Source of the DNA: a virus
Lineage: Duplodnaviria > Caudoviricetes
DNA length: 29,977 bases
Virus record (IMG/VR): IMGVR_UViG_3300030376_008155
Coordinates: 1 to 29,977 of that record
Reading direction: 5' to 3' (one strand)
Part shown: one piece after another, positions 26,849 through 29,977 of the stretch
How positions within the stretch are numbered: the first letter of the stretch is position 1
Layout: each line of letters opens with the position of its first letter
The notes under the pieces: model-generated
The model's input: the letters and a program-made list of their open reading frames with translations, nothing else
Databases searched by the model: none
Told to the model about the DNA's origin: nothing
Translations under genes and position numbers: made by a program

Positions 26849-26856
26849 TATGTATG
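26849..26856 (-). promoter_or_regulatory. Late promoter variant CATACATA for the leftward operon
   Basis: One mismatch to NATAAATA, about 29 nt upstream of the ATG at 26820. Confidence 0.45.
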
Positions 26857-27288
26857 TCATATAAAGGGAAGTTTAGTCCAAGAAACCGTAAAAAGTACAA
26901 AGGCAACGCAAGTGATATCGTTTATAGATCACTTTGGGAACTAAAATTCATGACTTATTGTGATTCTAATAAGAACATCATAACTTGGTCATCAGAAGAA
27001 ATAGTGATACCATACAGATCTCCAATTGATAATAGAATCCATCGATATTTTCCAGACTTCTATGTAAAATATAAAAATACTGAGGGAAAATTACTTGAAA
27101 AGGTAATTGAAGTAAAACCTGCTAAAGAAGTAAAAGAACCTAAAAAACAAAGAGCAAGAACAAAGAAGTATGTTACAGAAGTTATGAAATATGCTAAAAA
27201 TTATGCTAAATGGGAAGCAGCAGAAGACTTCTGTAAAGATAGAAGATGGGAATTTCAAATACTAACGGAGAAAGAACTTGGAGTATAA
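26854..27288 (+). CDS. gp4: Head completion protein gp4 (TnsA-N-like nuclease fold)
   Basis: YKGKFSPRNRKKYKGN..IVYRSLWE..FMTYCD...WSSEEIVIPY..P.D...HRYFPDF...IEVKP...KWEAA...FQILTEKEL. Confidence 0.93.
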   Translation: MSYKGKFSPRNRKKYKGNASDIVYRSLWELKFMTYCDSNKNIITWSSEEIVIPYRSPIDNRIHRYFPDFYVKYKNTEGKLLEKVIEVKPAKEVKEPKKQRARTKKYVTEVMKYAKNYAKWEAAEDFCKDRRWEFQILTEKELGV

Positions 27289-27682
27289 AAACACTTTTCC
27301 TAAATCAACAACCACAGGTACAGCAACACCTGGACACCTAGTGTTGTTCCAATATGGTGCAAAAACTGCTGAAAAATTGAGATTCTATGATAGAAACCCC
27401 TTATGTTATATTACAGCAAGTCAAGGTAATAAATTTTGGGGTGTCAACTTACATTATTATCAACCAGATGAACGAGAAATGATAATGGAATGGATAGATG
27501 AAGCTAATCCTGCAGAACTTCCTAGAGGATACCATAAATACCTAAAATCCTATGTAGATTCACTATTCTTGGATATAGCAATGGAAGAATGGCAAACTGC
27601 CTTTAATTTACCTATCGAAGAGTTCATTAGAGATCTCGGAAGTATTGAAATACCTATAAGTAAAGCGAGGGTGTGGAAATGA
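27278..27682 (+). CDS. gp2: DNA end protector gp2-like protein
   Basis: LFQYGAKT..KLRFYDRNPL...FWGVNLHY...YHKYL...EEWQTAFNLPIEEF; follows gp4; TTG start. Confidence 0.7.
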   Translation: MEYKNTFPKSTTTGTATPGHLVLFQYGAKTAEKLRFYDRNPLCYITASQGNKFWGVNLHYYQPDEREMIMEWIDEANPAELPRGYHKYLKSYVDSLFLDIAMEEWQTAFNLPIEEFIRDLGSIEIPISKARVWK

Positions 27683-29343
27683 CAGAAGCTGTTGTAACAT
27701 TATCTGAAGAAGATCAGGCTAAAATAAATCCAGTTGGTAAATCAATATATTCTCCAGCTAAAGAAGATCAATACCATACTGTATCATATAAAGTAAATGG
27801 AGTAAAATATGAGGAAAGTCTAAGTCTTATCCATGATGAGAACTTTCTAAAAACAACACAAGTATGGAAGAAAGATGGTAAAGGTTTTAAATTAGTTGAT
27901 CCAAATTCATCTGAATTTGGTGAATTTGCTAGTAGTAATGCAAGAATAAATGCTATAAACAAAGGGCATGATGCAATACAAACAACAGCTAAAAATAATG
28001 GAAAAAATAATAATTTTGAAGAAGCAGCAAATCTATCTGGGATGAGTGAGGTAGTTGAAAACGGATTTACTATAAATGATACTGCTTCTTCATTCCATTC
28101 TACTGAAGTATCCGAAACCCTAGAAGCATATAATGCTAGAGCAAATGCAACTGAAACAACAACTGAGGAAGAATTTGTTGATAAGAGTAAAGGTTCTCAA
28201 CCAACAAAAATTAAAAATCCGAAAATGAGTTTGGCGGGTATGAACATGCAATACCCACTTGATGCTATGTATGACAAGGGTCAAGATTATGTCTTTATAG
28301 AACAATTCAAATATTCACCACCACAAGCAAGTGCTAGTAACTTAAAAAATAAAGATGGTAAGAAAACAGGTTGGAGAAAGAATAAAGCATCTGAAAGAAC
28401 TAAAGCTTATGACGCTCATGGATTATCCCAAGTCACAAAGGGGATGAAGAGAGAAACTAATATAAAAGAATCTCAAGGATCAGTAAAATTACCAATTCCA
28501 AATCAACTAAATGTTAGTACTGGTGTTGGTTGGGGTGAAGGTAGAGCAAATGCAGTTGAAGCTGGAGCATTCTTTTCTGCAATGGGAGGAATACAAGGTG
28601 CTTTAGAAGGAAATAAAAGTGTTCCAGATATAATTGGTGACACTGCTAGTACTGCAGGTGGATTACTAGATAATATAAAAAATGATGCATCATCAGGAGG
28701 GCAAGCTAGTCAAATACTTTCAGCAACACTTGCAAAAGCAGCATTATCAAAATTAAATATAAATGTTGATACTGGTCAATTTATTACTAGATCAACAGGA
28801 AATGCAATAAATCCTAATTTAGAACTACTATTCAGTGGTCCTAAATTAAGAAACTTTTCACTTGCTTTCAAATTTGCAGCAAATAGTGAGAAAGAGGCAA
28901 CAGAAATCAGAAAGATACTAAGATGGTTCAAGCAAGGAATGGCTCCTAGAAATGACTTTCAACAGACAATATTCCTTGGTTCTCCAAACGTATTCAGAAT
29001 AAAATATATGAATGCTGGTAGAAGAATAAAAGGTTTGAATATGTTCAAAATATGTGCAATGACTGCATTTGAAATAGATTTTGCTCCACAAAAAGTGTGG
29101 CAATCATATGAAGATGGTAATGCAGTATCAATGCCACCACTAATTACTGCAGCAGCTTCATTTACTGAACTTACTCCTATATTCTCAGGTGATTTTGATC
29201 AGTCCAAAGAAGGTCAAATGGGTGTTATGGATCATGGTTACGGAGAAATAACAACAACGGCTACTGCTGGTCAAGGTGTTGGATATGATGACTTAGGACT
29301 AAGTGGCAATGAAAACATCGGTCAAGATGACATAGGATTCTAA
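27679..29343 (+). CDS. gp48: Baseplate tail tube cap gp48
   Basis: GSVKLPIPNQL...INPNLELLFSGPKLRNFSLAFKF...IRKILRWFKQGMAP...FLGSPNVFRIKY...FTELTPI. ATG at 27679 (ATGA overlap with gp2) is preferred over GTG at 27673. Confidence 0.88.
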   Translation: MTEAVVTLSEEDQAKINPVGKSIYSPAKEDQYHTVSYKVNGVKYEESLSLIHDENFLKTTQVWKKDGKGFKLVDPNSSEFGEFASSNARINAINKGHDAIQTTAKNNGKNNNFEEAANLSGMSEVVENGFTINDTASSFHSTEVSETLEAYNARANATETTTEEEFVDKSKGSQPTKIKNPKMSLAGMNMQYPLDAMYDKGQDYVFIEQFKYSPPQASASNLKNKDGKKTGWRKNKASERTKAYDAHGLSQVTKGMKRETNIKESQGSVKLPIPNQLNVSTGVGWGEGRANAVEAGAFFSAMGGIQGALEGNKSVPDIIGDTASTAGGLLDNIKNDASSGGQASQILSATLAKAALSKLNINVDTGQFITRSTGNAINPNLELLFSGPKLRNFSLAFKFAANSEKEATEIRKILRWFKQGMAPRNDFQQTIFLGSPNVFRIKYMNAGRRIKGLNMFKICAMTAFEIDFAPQKVWQSYEDGNAVSMPPLITAAASFTELTPIFSGDFDQSKEGQMGVMDHGYGEITTTATAGQGVGYDDLGLSGNENIGQDDIGF

Positions 29344-29977
29344 TGGCTTATTTCGATTTCTTCCCAGACATACTAATAGCATCACATACGGAAAATAGAA
29401 CTTCCAATGCTGATCTTGTAGCATCAAAAAACCTCTTCAAAAGAGGTGCAATTAGAGAAGATATATTTCAAAATGCAATTGCTTTCAATAAGTATTTTGT
29501 TGAAGGTGATGACAGACCAGACAATGTAGCACACAAAATATATGGTGATTCTCATCTAGACTGGATAGTTATGTTATCAAATAATATAATTAACATCCAT
29601 GATGAATGGCCAATGAGTCAATATGATTTTCAGAGATATCTTGACAACAAATACGATAAAATTCAACTAACTCAAATCCATCATTATGAAACTACAGAAA
29701 TAAGAGATCCTGATGGTTGTTTATTATTACAAGCAGGTCATAGTGTCGATGCAGATTACACATACAAATATTCCTACCAAGGAACAAATTATAGTGTAAA
29801 TGATGTGACTTCTGTTAGCAACTTTGAATATGAAGTTTCTAAAAATGATGATAAAAGATCGATATTTCTACTGAGAAAAAATTATCTCAATATGATGAAA
29901 GAAGATATGAGAGAAATAATGACATATCAAAATAGTTCCCAATTTATCAATAAAAGACTCAAAAAAGGAAGCGATAT
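29343..29977 (+). CDS. gp53: Baseplate wedge subunit gp53 (partial, runs off window)
   Basis: Hand translation from ATG 29343 (TAATG overlap): MAYFDFFPDI...KNLFKRGAIREDIF...GDDRPDNVAHKIYGDSHLDWIVMLSNNIINIHDEWPMSQ...IHHYET...NFEYEVSKNDDKRSIFLL. Confidence 0.92.
   Translation, partial: MAYFDFFPDILIASHTENRTSNADLVASKNLFKRGAIREDIFQNAIAFNKYFVEGDDRPDNVAHKIYGDSHLDWIVMLSNNIINIHDEWPMSQYDFQRYLDNKYDKIQLTQIHHYETTEIRDPDGCLLLQAGHSVDADYTYKYSYQGTNYSVNDVTSVSNFEYEVSKNDDKRSIFLLRKNYLNMMKEDMREIMTYQNSSQFINKRLKKGSD

Noticed and set aside
26854-27288. TnsA-like nuclease motif suggesting a transposon or homing endonuclease
   Set aside because: This is the normal fold of T4 gp4 head completion protein, in its expected context.
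27533-27540. CATAAATA inside the gp2-like gene, upstream of gp48
   Set aside because: It coincides with the H-K-Y codons of a protein motif, so it may be driven by coding constraints.
1-29977. tRNA, rRNA, introns, terminators or stop-codon recoding
   Set aside because: Intergenic gaps are all under about 45 nt and I saw no cloverleaf or GC stem with a U-tract. Conserved genes are intact in the standard code.

Overview
AT-rich segment of a T4-like myovirus, almost certainly a marine cyanophage (Prochlorococcus/Synechococcus Kyanoviridae type). The basis is a CP12 gene, T4-type late promoters (TATAAATA) and the cyanophage baseplate gene order. The minus strand (26820 to 1) carries a tail-tube-fold gene, gp26, gp51, two tape-measure-like genes, a gp27-like hub, cp12, gp5 and three downstream spike-associated genes. 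These are followed by two small genes behind a sigma70-type promoter and a block of large fibre/virion genes; the last is interrupted by a frameshift at about 1206-1213 and runs off the left edge. The plus strand (26854 to end) carries gp4, gp2-like, gp48 and a partial gp53. The most notable signal is a slippery heptamer at the gp26/gp51 junction that would make a lambda G/G-T-style -1 frameshift fusion just upstream of the tape-measure genes. Other points are a repeat-flanked frameshifted fibre cassette, a split lysozyme-less gp5 whose spike-like gene has a large duplicated charged N-terminus, and a His-rich CP12 coupled to gp5. Family assignments come from motif recognition and synteny, not database searches.
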